The translations under genes and the position numbers were made by a program. A DNA stretch of 64,000 nt, taken from the NCBI GenBank assembly GCA_965223865.1, contig OZ245020.1, forward strand, positions 672,001 through 736,000, given 5' to 3'. Position 1 is the stretch's first letter. Each line of letters starts with the position of its first letter. A model generated the notes under the pieces. It was not told the DNA's origin. It ran no database searches and saw only the letters and a program-made list of their open reading frames with translations. This DNA is from Nitrosarchaeum sp. GTDB taxonomy: Archaea > Thermoproteota > Nitrososphaeria > Nitrososphaerales > Nitrosopumilaceae. Below are positions 19,131 through 27,780 of this stretch, piece by piece.

Positions 19131-19251
19131 AAATGAAAAAATAACTATGAAATTATTACATAAATTATCTGTTTAAAGAAAAAATTTTGGATCAAAATAA
19201 CTTAAAATTAACAAGAAATTTTGAAAATTTTTTGAATTTTAGAACTCTTGC

Positions 19252-19259
19252 TTTATATT
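19252..19259 (+). promoter_or_regulatory. TATA box of amoC
   Basis: TTTATATT about 23 nt before ATG 19282, consistent with a leaderless transcript. Confidence 0.6.
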
Positions 19260-19281
19260 CCGAATTTACTTGATTAATACC

Positions 19282-19845
19282 ATGGCACAGATGCCCGCAT
19301 TAATCCCAAAAGAAGTTGAGATTCAGAGACTAAAGAAAATCTGGCTCATCGTTATTGCTATGGGATCCACTGCAGCATCAGTCGAAGTAGACAACTTCGT
19401 TGATGGTTCTTTACATCAAACCTCTATCAGAGATAGTGCATTTACACCAGCACACTGGTGGCTATACTCCCACTTCATTACATTACCTCTTGGATGGGCA
19501 GCAGCAGCTATGTATGATAGAAAAGTTCCAGTTCTTAGAGGTCCAAATAACTCAATTAACACTGGATTGAAGATGACCATTCTTGGTTACCTTGCAACCA
19601 TGTTTACAATTGGAGTCAATGAGATGTGGCACTTTTGGTTCGTAGAGGAAATCTTTGCAGTTCCAAATCACTGGATGTTTAACATGGGTGTGGTAGTTGC
19701 ATTCATGGGTGCATTAGCATACGTAGTCAGAGTATATGCTAGACTCGTAGAACTTGGTGCAGAAACTCCTGGTGAGAATCCATATGTTGCAGAAATGTAC
19801 AAGATGGCTTTAGAAGGCAAATTGTACAGCAGAGCAATCCCATAG
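19282..19845 (+). CDS. amoC: Ammonia monooxygenase subunit C
   Basis: MAQMPALIPKEVEIQRL, DGSLHQTSIRDSAFTPAHWWLY, NEMWHFWFVEEIF. Confidence 0.98.
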   Translation: MAQMPALIPKEVEIQRLKKIWLIVIAMGSTAASVEVDNFVDGSLHQTSIRDSAFTPAHWWLYSHFITLPLGWAAAAMYDRKVPVLRGPNNSINTGLKMTILGYLATMFTIGVNEMWHFWFVEEIFAVPNHWMFNMGVVVAFMGALAYVVRVYARLVELGAETPGENPYVAEMYKMALEGKLYSRAIP

Positions 19846-19850
19846 AAATC

Positions 19851-19880
19851 GTGCAATACGCACATTTTTTCTCTTTTATT
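19851..19880 (+). terminator. Short hairpin plus T-tract after amoC
   Basis: GTGC-aatac-GCAC followed by TTTTTTCTCTTTT. Confidence 0.5.
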
Positions 19881-19960
19881 ATTTTTATAAAGACGTAGAT
19901 CGTACCTGCTTAACCATTTAAGAAAGACTTAAAAGGATTCTGATTAGTTATAATTCCATA

Positions 19961-20323
19961 ATGACTCTTCCTAAAGGATTCGGTTCTGGCGGAGGCGGTG
20001 GTGCATCCAGCGCTGATGTAGAACGAATGATTGGAAAACGCGTTGAAAACATGACTGGTATGATTACTATATCATACATAGCAGCTTGGTTGGCAACTTT
20101 CGGTGGTACTGCAGCCGGATATTTCTATTATCCATGGGCATATCCAACTCCAAGTGGCCACTTTGCATTCATCACGCTCACAATCATTGAGGCGATTGGT
20201 TATCTCTTCTGTGTTAAGGTAATGCAAGAAGGTTCCAACAAGAATAGTAATGGGTTGGTTGCTGGAGTAATAGCTGGTACAGCAATAGGTACACTCATTA
20301 TTGTATGGTTCGTCGGTCACTAG
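19961..20323 (+). CDS. amoX: Ammonia monooxygenase subunit X
   Basis: Small multi-TM protein between amoC and amoA; YYPWAYPTPSGH. Confidence 0.88.
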   Translation: MTLPKGFGSGGGGGASSADVERMIGKRVENMTGMITISYIAAWLATFGGTAAGYFYYPWAYPTPSGHFAFITLTIIEAIGYLFCVKVMQEGSNKNSNGLVAGVIAGTAIGTLIIVWFVGH

Positions 20324-20364
20324 AAGGGAATCCCTTCAGACACTTCTTTTTCATTTTAATTTTT
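20323..20364 (+). terminator. Hairpin plus T-tract after amoX
   Basis: GAAGGG-aat-CCCTTC followed by CTTCTTTTTCATTTT. Confidence 0.5.
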
Positions 20365-20399
20365 ACCTGAAATTGCCGATCTTCATCACACTCTAAAAT

Positions 20400-20407
20400 T
20401 TTATATA
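20400..20407 (+). promoter_or_regulatory. TATA box of amoA
   Basis: TTTATATA 23 nt before ATG 20431. Confidence 0.6.
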
Positions 20408-20430
20408 CTGACCATTTCCTCAGTTTGATA

Positions 20431-21081
20431 ATGGTCTGGTTAAGACGATGTACCCACTACTTGTTCATAGTAGTAGTTGCAGTTAACTCAACACTGTTAA
20501 CAATTAATGCAGGTGACTACATCTTCTACACTGACTGGGCTTGGACTTCGTACACGGTATTCTCAATATCGCAAACGTTGATGCTTGTAGTAGGTGCAAC
20601 ATATTACCTAACATTTACAGGTGTTCCAGGTACAGCAACGTACTACGGCCTTATTATGACAGTATACACATGGGTTGCAAAAAGTGCATGGTTTGCACTT
20701 GGATATCCATACGACTTCATTGTAACCCCAATTTGGTTACCATCAGCAATGCTGCTTGATCTAGCTTATTGGGCGACAAAGAAGAACAAGCACTCTTTGA
20801 TACTGTTTGGCGGAGTACTAGTAGGAATGTCATTGCCATTATTCAACATGGTAAACCTGATAACAGTAGCAGACCCACTAGAAACGGCCTTCAAATATCC
20901 AAGACCTACTTTACCACCATACATGACACCGATAGAACCGCAGGTAGGAAAGTTCTATAACAGTCCAGTTGCACTGGGTGCTGGTGCGGGTTCAGTATTG
21001 GGAGTAACGTTTGCAGCGCTAGGTTGTAAACTCAACACTTGGACATACAGATGGATGGCCGCTTGGTCAAAGTGGGACTAA
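20431..21081 (+). CDS. amoA: Ammonia monooxygenase subunit A
   Basis: MVWLRRCTHYLFIVVVAVNSTLLTINAGDYIFYTDWAWTS...YRWMAAWSKWD. Confidence 0.99.
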   Translation: MVWLRRCTHYLFIVVVAVNSTLLTINAGDYIFYTDWAWTSYTVFSISQTLMLVVGATYYLTFTGVPGTATYYGLIMTVYTWVAKSAWFALGYPYDFIVTPIWLPSAMLLDLAYWATKKNKHSLILFGGVLVGMSLPLFNMVNLITVADPLETAFKYPRPTLPPYMTPIEPQVGKFYNSPVALGAGAGSVLGVTFAALGCKLNTWTYRWMAAWSKWD

Positions 21082-21222
21082 AAACCCAACCTTTTCCTTT
21101 TCATTTTATTAAACACACTTAGAGTATTCTCTACAATTCGGTAAATTTGATTAAAAAATATTGTACAGGTTGTGATCTTTTGTTGCCTATTTTGACAATA
21201 TGCATAATCAGGATTAATATTT

Positions 21223-22083
21223 GTGAAACAACAGTATGGTCAACTTTTGACTACTCCAAAACCGTTTGTAAAATGGGCAGGAGGAAAAAGACAATTAATC
21301 CCAATCCTAAATCAGAATCTTCCAGAAAACTTTGGCAATTATTTCGAACCCTTCATTGGAGGAGGTGCATTATTGTTTCATATACTCACAGGTAGGAATA
21401 ATCAAAAGTGCAATATATCTGATCTTAACTCTGATCTGATATTAGCATATACCACTATTAGAGACAAAATAGATGATCTAATCTTATCTCTCAAAAACCA
21501 TGAAAAAAATTATCAAAAAGATTCAAACTCTTACTATTATTCAATTAGAGATAGTACTCCCAGAGGAGATATTGGAAAGACTTCTCGATTAATCTTCTTG
21601 AATCGAACTTGTTTTAATGGACTTTACAGAGTAAATAGCAAAGGAAAATTCAATGTTCCATTAGGAAAGTATACTAATCCAAATATAGTAAACGAAGGAA
21701 ATCTTCGTTCGGTTAGCCAAATTCTCAAAACAAATAGGGTTTCTATAAAATGTAGGGATTTTGAGGCACTTCTTAGAGATGCAAAAGAGGGAGATTTGAT
21801 TTATTTTGATCCTCCTTATCAACCAATAAGCACTACTGCCAATTTTACAAGCTATACAAACAAGGATTTTACATCTGGTGATCTATTACGACTAACTGAA
21901 CTTTGTGAACATCTTGATTCTAAAGGATGCAAGGTATTGCTCTCAAATTCAGATTCAAAAGAGGTGGCAAAGTTATTTTCCAGCAAACCTTGGAAAATTA
22001 CAAAAATTCAGGCAAATAGGACAATTAATTCTAACTCTAAAAATAGAACTGGTCACTTTGAATTATTGATAAAAAATTACTAA
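21223..22083 (+). CDS. dam: Dam-family (D12 class) DNA adenine methyltransferase, no adjacent restriction enzyme
   Basis: KWAGGK, EPFIGGG, FNGLYRVNSKGKFNVP.G, YFDPPY, LLSNS. Confidence 0.92.
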   Translation: MKQQYGQLLTTPKPFVKWAGGKRQLIPILNQNLPENFGNYFEPFIGGGALLFHILTGRNNQKCNISDLNSDLILAYTTIRDKIDDLILSLKNHEKNYQKDSNSYYYSIRDSTPRGDIGKTSRLIFLNRTCFNGLYRVNSKGKFNVPLGKYTNPNIVNEGNLRSVSQILKTNRVSIKCRDFEALLRDAKEGDLIYFDPPYQPISTTANFTSYTNKDFTSGDLLRLTELCEHLDSKGCKVLLSNSDSKEVAKLFSSKPWKITKIQANRTINSNSKNRTGHFELLIKNY

Positions 22084-22156
22084 GCTTCGAACGGGATCCG
22101 GACCCGCGACCTTTACCTTACCAAGGTAACGCTCTACCAGGCTGAGCTATCGAAGC
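22083..22156 (-). tRNA. tRNA-Thr(GGT)
   Basis: GCTTCGA acceptor; anticodon arm TTACC-TT-GGT-AA-GGTAA; T-arm GCGGG-TCCGGAT-CCCGT. Confidence 0.93.
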
Positions 22157-22247
22157 ACAAATTTACAATAAAGAAAATCCTTATAATTCTTGATTCTAAA
22201 TTCATAATCCCTAAACTGTTAAATTTCACACAAATTTCTACCATTTT

Positions 22248-22370
22248 GGAGGAGTAATCAAGCCTGGCCAAAGTAAGCACCATGTGCTTTTGGACATGCA
22301 GGACTTAAGATCATAAAAATGGGTGATCCTGTCTCTCAGGAGTTCGTGGGTTCAAATCCCACCTCCTCCA
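22248..22370 (+). tRNA. tRNA-Leu(TAA) with two introns (about 22274-22295 in the D-arm; 22310-22325 at 37/38)
   Basis: GGAGGAG/CTCCTCC acceptor; CAGGA-CT-TAA-G|A-TCCTG after removing a 16-nt intron; long variable arm; D-stem ATC/GAT restored by removing a 22-nt insert. Confidence 0.88.
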
Positions 22371-22375
22371 CTACT

Positions 22376-22762
22376 CTATTTTGGATGTTTAATTCCACGA
22401 GCATTCAATACTTCGTAGACATCTGGAAGTGAAAAGACAAATCCAATATGAACACAATCTTTTTCGTCACAAAGCTGACAAAACAACTCTCCTTTCTGAA
22501 CTGCAACTTCGGCAATTCTGTTTTTGATATTGTCCTTCAGAATAACTCTATCATCATCGACTGAAATTTTTTCAATTTTTGGAGCATATCTTGCAAACGT
22601 TTTGTCCTTTTGCATCATCTCCTCTAACATGAAAGTAACATAACCTGAAAAGCTGTTAACTCCCTTCATCGCTAGATCTTCTTTATTTTTCTGATACACA
22701 TCTTGGAATTTATCGTAGACGGTCTCAGAAACGGTAATTGATTTGAATCCAGCTTTCGGCAA
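22376..22762 (-). CDS. Conserved thaumarchaeal protein with RHH-like N-terminus and C-terminal Zn-finger-like motif
   Basis: FKSITVSETVYDKF and FCQLC...DCVH. Confidence 0.7.
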   Translation of the reverse strand: MPKAGFKSITVSETVYDKFQDVYQKNKEDLAMKGVNSFSGYVTFMLEEMMQKDKTFARYAPKIEKISVDDDRVILKDNIKNRIAEVAVQKGELFCQLCDEKDCVHIGFVFSLPDVYEVLNARGIKHPK

Positions 22763-22880
22763 TTTACTTTCCTCTTACCGTACAATAAAGTACAGAAGTA
22801 TTTAAGATTTTATTTGCAAAATCAAGTTATTTGGGTGAATGGAAATTAGTCTTTATACCATACCTTTATTCAAGAGCACT

Positions 22881-23774
22881 ATGGGTCGAGGATATCAAGC
22901 TGAAGATATCAGGGAAAAGCTGATTGATGTTTTTGGAGATTCTAAAACTGGAATGTCAGGAGTTGAGATTTCTGAAAAGATTGGCATCAACAGAGTTACT
23001 ATGACAAAATATTTGAAAATTTTTTCGGCAGAGGGATTTCTTCGTCAAAAAAATATTGGAAATGTGACCTTGTGGTTTTTAGAACCAGGACAAGAATCCT
23101 TTGATTTTCCCGCTGATTATTTCAGAGTTGCCTCATTGTACCTTGAAAGTCTCTTAAAAGGAACTGAGAGTCAAATTTATTCTCTAATAAGAAATTGTAT
23201 TCATTCTGGAGTATCTCCAAATAGATTTGTAGTTGAGGTCATATTTCCAGCCATTCATGCTGTAAAGGAGATGTATAATGATGGGAAAATTGGAAGTTCT
23301 GAGAAAAAATTACTGGAAAATACCATCTCAAAATCTATTCAAATCTTTAATCAATCTCAAATTGAACCAAACCCTAAAAGAAATATCATTGTAATTTCAG
23401 CAGATCCTGATAGTAGTCTTATTTCTGAAGCAGCTTCGGCCTCATTTTATTCTGATGGTTGGAAAGTTTTTCATCTTGGGGATATGTCTTCTGCAATCGA
23501 TGTTCTATTTGACCTTGATTTGCAGAAATTAATGGGCAAAGTTTGGAAACAAAAATCAGGATTTATGGTAGTTGTAGTCTTTTCTAAAACAGAAGAGGGG
23601 CTGAACTTTTTTGCAGACTCTGTAAATTCAGTAAAAGAAAAATTGGGTAAAAAAATTAGATTAGCACTTTGTGGCAAAGTAGGAAAAAAGTTCAAAATTC
23701 AATCAGATTTCATATCTGAAAAATTTGAAGATCTATTACAGTGGTCTAAAATGGTATATCAAAGCCCAAAATAG
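22881..23774 (+). CDS. Winged-HTH regulator with B12-binding-like cap and Rossmann domains
   Basis: SGVEISEKIGINRVTMTKYL HTH; VIFPAI..V.EMY.DGKI..SE cap-like segment; GWKVFHLG. Likely start ATG 22881. Confidence 0.7.
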   Translation: MGRGYQAEDIREKLIDVFGDSKTGMSGVEISEKIGINRVTMTKYLKIFSAEGFLRQKNIGNVTLWFLEPGQESFDFPADYFRVASLYLESLLKGTESQIYSLIRNCIHSGVSPNRFVVEVIFPAIHAVKEMYNDGKIGSSEKKLLENTISKSIQIFNQSQIEPNPKRNIIVISADPDSSLISEAASASFYSDGWKVFHLGDMSSAIDVLFDLDLQKLMGKVWKQKSGFMVVVVFSKTEEGLNFFADSVNSVKEKLGKKIRLALCGKVGKKFKIQSDFISEKFEDLLQWSKMVYQSPK

Positions 23775-23779
23775 AGAAA

Positions 23780-23866
23780 TGGGCCCGATGTGATTCGAAC
23801 ACATGACCTTTCGATTTCTGAATGGTTTATCAGTCGAACGCTCCAGCCAAGCTGAGCTACGAGCCC
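23780..23866 (-). tRNA. tRNA-Ile(GAT) with 12-nt intron at 37/38
   Basis: GGGCTCG acceptor; TTCGA-CT-GAT-A|intron|A-TCGAA; TTCGAAT T-loop. Confidence 0.92.
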
Positions 23867-23899
23867 ACAGAAAAACCTCTAGGCAAGAGTCATTTAAGT

Positions 23900-24454
23900 T
23901 TAATTTTCTTTCCACTTGATTGAGCAACCAATTGACGGATCAAAGTCTTTTTCAATTGTTTCTCCGGTAAGTAGTTTTTCGATATTGTTTATCATTGTTT
24001 TTTCTGTGGGAGTATCATCTGGTTTCATAGCATTATCAATTCTTCCATGAAAAACAAGTTCTTTTTTGTTGTTAAATAAGAAAGGATCAGGTGTACACAT
24101 TGCACCATATTTTTTAGCAATTTCTTGAGTCTCATCAACTAAATAATCAAATTTGAATTCCTTCTCTTGAGCAGTTTTTTTCATGTTATCAAAACTATCT
24201 TCTGGATAATTGGTAGAGTCATTACTGTTAATTCCAACAATTGCAATTTTATCCCCAAATTTTTTATAAATCTCGTTGAATGCATCTGACTTTGCTTTCA
24301 CATACGGACAGTGGTTGCACATGAAAATTACTAGAATTCCTTGATGATTTGTATAATCATCAATTGTGTGTTTTTTATCATCTATTCCTAAAAGTTCAAA
24401 ATTTGGTGCAATATCACCCTTCTTTAATTTGACCTGAGATTCTAAAAGTACCAT
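23900..24454 (-). CDS. AhpC/TSA thioredoxin-fold redoxin
   Basis: FMCNHCPYV, INSND..YPEDSF, CTPD.F, PSIGCSIKW. Confidence 0.9.
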   Translation of the reverse strand: MVLLESQVKLKKGDIAPNFELLGIDDKKHTIDDYTNHQGILVIFMCNHCPYVKAKSDAFNEIYKKFGDKIAIVGINSNDSTNYPEDSFDNMKKTAQEKEFKFDYLVDETQEIAKKYGAMCTPDPFLFNNKKELVFHGRIDNAMKPDDTPTEKTMINNIEKLLTGETIEKDFDPSIGCSIKWKEN

Positions 24455-24534
24455 GACGTGACAATGATTTTTTCAAATAAAATCCTTCCCAAGAAGACAA
24501 CAATTAAAATCCACACAATAATCATTCTTGATGT

Positions 24535-24608
24535 GGGCTGGTAGTATAGCCTGGTAGTATACCCGCCTTGCACGCGGGGGGTCATGGGTTCAAATCCCGT
24601 CCAGTCCA
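24535..24608 (+). tRNA. tRNA-Ala(TGC)
   Basis: GGGCTGG/CCAGTCC acceptor with G3:U70; CCCGC-CT-TGC-AC-GCGGG. Confidence 0.93.
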
Positions 24609-24682
24609 CTTTCAATATCCGATCAATTCTGAAATTCAGATTACTGGATGGATTTAAATAGGATAAGTTTTGGTTTCAATAC

Positions 24683-24790
24683 ATGGCAAGTTATACAGAC
24701 GCATGGCCTGTGTGGATTCCGCTCATTGTAGGTTTAACTCCAGGATTCATTTACTGGATTGCAATTACTGCAATGAAGAAAAGAAGATAA
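24683..24790 (+). CDS. 35-aa single-TM microprotein (not in ORF track)
   Basis: MASYTDAWPVWIPLIVGLTPGFIYWIAITAMKKRR; TTTAAATA box about 23 nt upstream; T-rich tract downstream. Confidence 0.65.
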   Translation: MASYTDAWPVWIPLIVGLTPGFIYWIAITAMKKRR

Positions 24791-24919
24791 AAATTTTAAT
24801 CCATTTTTAATCTCTTTTTATTGAAATTCCATAGTGGAAACTGGGTTAAAGGTTGCTACCTTTTTTGTTGACTATATGATATATCATACAACATTAATCC
24901 CTTTTTTAATTAATTTTAT

Positions 24920-25984
24920 ATGAAGAAAATTTTTCTTAGTTTATTTCTGATTTTAATGCTATTTCCAATTTCACAAAGTTACTCTCAAACGTATGACAAG
25001 GAGCCTACCTTATCAGTCAAACTTACAAGTGAATCCCCTTATGTATATCAGGATGACGAAGGATACACCATAGTTGTTGGTTCTGTTGAAAATACTAATC
25101 CCTTAACTGCAGTTACCAATGTACAAATTCGCGCAACATTTTACGACTATGTTAGTTTTAGTCCTCTAGAAGTTGTCAAAGGAGGTACAGTCTTAGATGT
25201 AATTCCTTCACTTGGTACATCCCCATATGTGATAAAGTCAAACACACCCAATCCTCAAATTACTCAAGCAACTGTTTTTCTAGAAACCTTTGATTCATCT
25301 CTTTCAAAATCCAAACTTCTTATCCTAGAATCAACAGATATCTTTGTAAAGGATAGTCTTGTATTTTCTGGAATTTTAACAAATGGACCTGCCCCTGCAA
25401 CTGATGCAAATGTTTACTTGGCTTTCTATGATGCATTTGAGCCTCCCAGAATTTTGGGCATCTCTACAATTCCTATTGGCGAAATGGAACCAAACGAGAA
25501 AATTCCATTTGAATTCAATAAAAAAATAGATCCTAGATCTGTAGGATTTAACCTGTTTTCTGAATCTGATGTATTTTACTCAGATTTTATTAATATTGAA
25601 ATTCCAGATCCTGAAATACTAACCAAACGGGTGACCATATCTGATGTTTCGGTAACTGATTTCCAGGGAAATAGTCTTCCTGAAATAAAACTAGGCACTA
25701 CAGTAAAAATTCAAAGTGATTCATGGATAGAACTATCACCTGATCATACATCAAATGAGATACCATACAGATACTATGTCCAAATAAAGGAATCTGGTGA
25801 AAAACCCTATGTTGAATTTATTGGAAAATATGATGGCCGATACATTGAAGGTGGTTCACAAACTCAATCAATTGACTGGATTCCAGAAAAAAGAGGTGTA
25901 TTTTTCATAGAGACCTTTGTCTGGGATAGAAGCAATGTACCAATAGCAGACCCAGGCCCTATTGCATTAATTATAGTAAGCTAG
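24920..25984 (+). CDS. Secreted FxLYD-like domain protein
   Basis: Signal peptide; VVGSVEN...NVQIRATFYD and a second AFYD repeat. Confidence 0.7.
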   Translation: MKKIFLSLFLILMLFPISQSYSQTYDKEPTLSVKLTSESPYVYQDDEGYTIVVGSVENTNPLTAVTNVQIRATFYDYVSFSPLEVVKGGTVLDVIPSLGTSPYVIKSNTPNPQITQATVFLETFDSSLSKSKLLILESTDIFVKDSLVFSGILTNGPAPATDANVYLAFYDAFEPPRILGISTIPIGEMEPNEKIPFEFNKKIDPRSVGFNLFSESDVFYSDFINIEIPDPEILTKRVTISDVSVTDFQGNSLPEIKLGTTVKIQSDSWIELSPDHTSNEIPYRYYVQIKESGEKPYVEFIGKYDGRYIEGGSQTQSIDWIPEKRGVFFIETFVWDRSNVPIADPGPIALIIVS

Positions 25985-26016
25985 TAGATTTATTTTATAA
26001 CAATCCATCTCTTATC

Positions 26017-26481
26017 ATGTCCGAATTTAATCTAGTTGCAATGGGTGGGACATTTGATATTATTCACAAAGGCCACATTACATTACTTACAAAGGCATTT
26101 TCAATCTCATCTAAAGTGATTATTGGCCTTACCAGTGATGAGTTAGCAAAAAGAAAAGGTAAAAAAATTCAAAATCAATATGATATAAGAAAAGAAAATT
26201 TAGAAAATATGATTAAAATCAAATTTCCAAATATCTCGTATCAAATAAGCAAATTAGACAATGATTTTGGTCCTGCTGTTTTAGAAGAAGGAGTTCAGGC
26301 ATTGGTGGTAAGTGAAGAGACAGAAAATCAGGGTTCAGTATTAAATCAACTTCGGTCTGAAAAGAACCTAACTCTAGTAAAAGTAGTGGTAGTTCCAATG
26401 GTCATGGCAAAAGATGGAAATCGAATATCTACAACTAGAATAAAAAACTGCGAAATAGATACTCAAGGAAACTTGTCTTGA
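26017..26481 (+). CDS. coaD: Phosphopantetheine adenylyltransferase (archaeal type)
   Basis: GGTFDIIHKGH, GLTSD, LVVSEET, RISTTRI. Confidence 0.9.
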   Translation: MSEFNLVAMGGTFDIIHKGHITLLTKAFSISSKVIIGLTSDELAKRKGKKIQNQYDIRKENLENMIKIKFPNISYQISKLDNDFGPAVLEEGVQALVVSEETENQGSVLNQLRSEKNLTLVKVVVVPMVMAKDGNRISTTRIKNCEIDTQGNLS

Positions 26482-26545
26482 GTTGACTAGATGATTGTTA
26501 ATTTTTTAGTAATCGGAATAAAACAATATTTCTGAATTTAGTCCT

Positions 26546-26875
26546 ATGGCAATCATAAATAACATGATGAAAAAAATCAATTCAGATATCTCTTATCTTC
26601 AACAAGGTCTTCACCCTGAAAATCTATCTTATTGGTACGATAAAATAATTAAAGAAACAATTGAGATGGCACCTCCGTGGCTTGAAGACAAGATCAAAGT
26701 CAAACAGGACCCAATTCTTACCATGAAATTTAATTTAGATATCTCAAAAAGAGCAGTCAGATACTTTATGATTGCAGTTGATAATAACTTGGATGATATG
26801 CCATCTTCAACTAAACTGTATTTTCTCAAGGTTCAAGAAATGTTGGGAATTGAAATGGACAAATCTCTGGTTTGA
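26546..26875 (+). CDS. Hypothetical protein
   Basis: 109-aa ORF with normal codon usage. Confidence 0.65.
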   Translation: MAIINNMMKKINSDISYLQQGLHPENLSYWYDKIIKETIEMAPPWLEDKIKVKQDPILTMKFNLDISKRAVRYFMIAVDNNLDDMPSSTKLYFLKVQEMLGIEMDKSLV

Positions 26876-26940
26876 TTATAGTTTCAGGCATAAGTTATAG
26901 CTCTAACTATCTATAACCATAAAACTTTGAATAATTAACG

Positions 26941-27639
26941 ATGGACCTTTACAAAGCAAAATATTCTGATAAAAAATCTGGAAGAATTTCTAAATCAAAC
27001 AAAAATAGATTTGATAGAAATTTCCGAGATACCCCTCGCTCTTTTAGGAATTCTCGTCAATCTAATTCTAAATTTGATAGAAATAGAGAATTGTTTAACG
27101 TAACCTGTGGCGATTGTGGAATAGAATGTAAAATTCCTTTTGAGCCAAAATTTAACAAACCTGTTTACTGTAGCAAATGCTTTGAAAAAAATGAACCAAG
27201 AAAATCAAGAAGATCAAGCAATTCTAAAGATGACCGATCCCGAGAAAGATATTCCAGGGATATCAATAAACCAAAAAAATCAAAAAGTGATAAATTTCAA
27301 AAAAAGCAAGAGAGTTTCTATTCAGGTGGTTCTGAAAAATTTTATGAATCTCTTAAAGAAAAATTATTTGAGATCCTTGGGGGTAAGGTATGTTCTAGTT
27401 GTGGGTTTAGAGATGTAAGAGCATTAGGATTTACACACATTTACGATACTGATGCTTTTGATCGAATTCGAAGAGGTGGATTTGCATCATCATGGGGAAA
27501 ATATATCGCTGAACCTGATTTGGCTAGAAAAGAACTACGAATTCTTTGCTTGAATTGTAATGAAATAAGAGAACCTCAAAGAAAAACAGAATCTGAAAAA
27601 CCCAAAAAAAGAGCCGATATTTTCCACGATGATCATTAA
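26941..27639 (+). CDS. CxxC-x17-CxxC Zn-ribbon protein with a second Cys-rich C-terminal domain
   Basis: TCGDCG.EC.IPFEP...KPVYCSKCF; later CSSCG...LCLNCN. Confidence 0.75.
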   Translation: MDLYKAKYSDKKSGRISKSNKNRFDRNFRDTPRSFRNSRQSNSKFDRNRELFNVTCGDCGIECKIPFEPKFNKPVYCSKCFEKNEPRKSRRSSNSKDDRSRERYSRDINKPKKSKSDKFQKKQESFYSGGSEKFYESLKEKLFEILGGKVCSSCGFRDVRALGFTHIYDTDAFDRIRRGGFASSWGKYIAEPDLARKELRILCLNCNEIREPQRKTESEKPKKRADIFHDDH

Positions 27640-27695
27640 AAATCACTCTTGAGAATTTGTTAACACTTTAATTATAATAATTTTGGACTAATTTT

Positions 27696-27779
27696 ATGAG
27701 TGGAGACTTTAAGGCACTAGGACTAAGTCTAATTGCAATGGTTGGAATAATTGCATTTTATGCAGCATTTATGAAATAG
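27696..27779 (+). CDS. 27-aa single-TM microprotein (not in ORF track)
   Basis: MSGDFKALGLSLIAMVGIIAFYAAFMK; TTTAATTATA TATA-like box upstream. Confidence 0.5.
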   Translation: MSGDFKALGLSLIAMVGIIAFYAAFMK

Positions 27780-27780
27780 T

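Noticed and set aside
19270-20430. Upstream TTG starts for amoC (19270) and amoA (20425)
   Set aside because: TATA spacing and known N-termini favour ATG 19282 and ATG 20431
21147-21395. 82-aa ORF overlapping dam
   Set aside because: Out-of-frame overlap with a well-conserved gene
21223-22083. Type II restriction-modification system
   Set aside because: No endonuclease gene adjacent; dam is flanked by amoA and a tRNA
24827-24866. Two tiny hairpins (TTCCA/TGGAA, AAAGGT/ACCTTT)
   Set aside because: Stems of 5-6 bp are expected by chance in AT-rich DNA; at most a terminator
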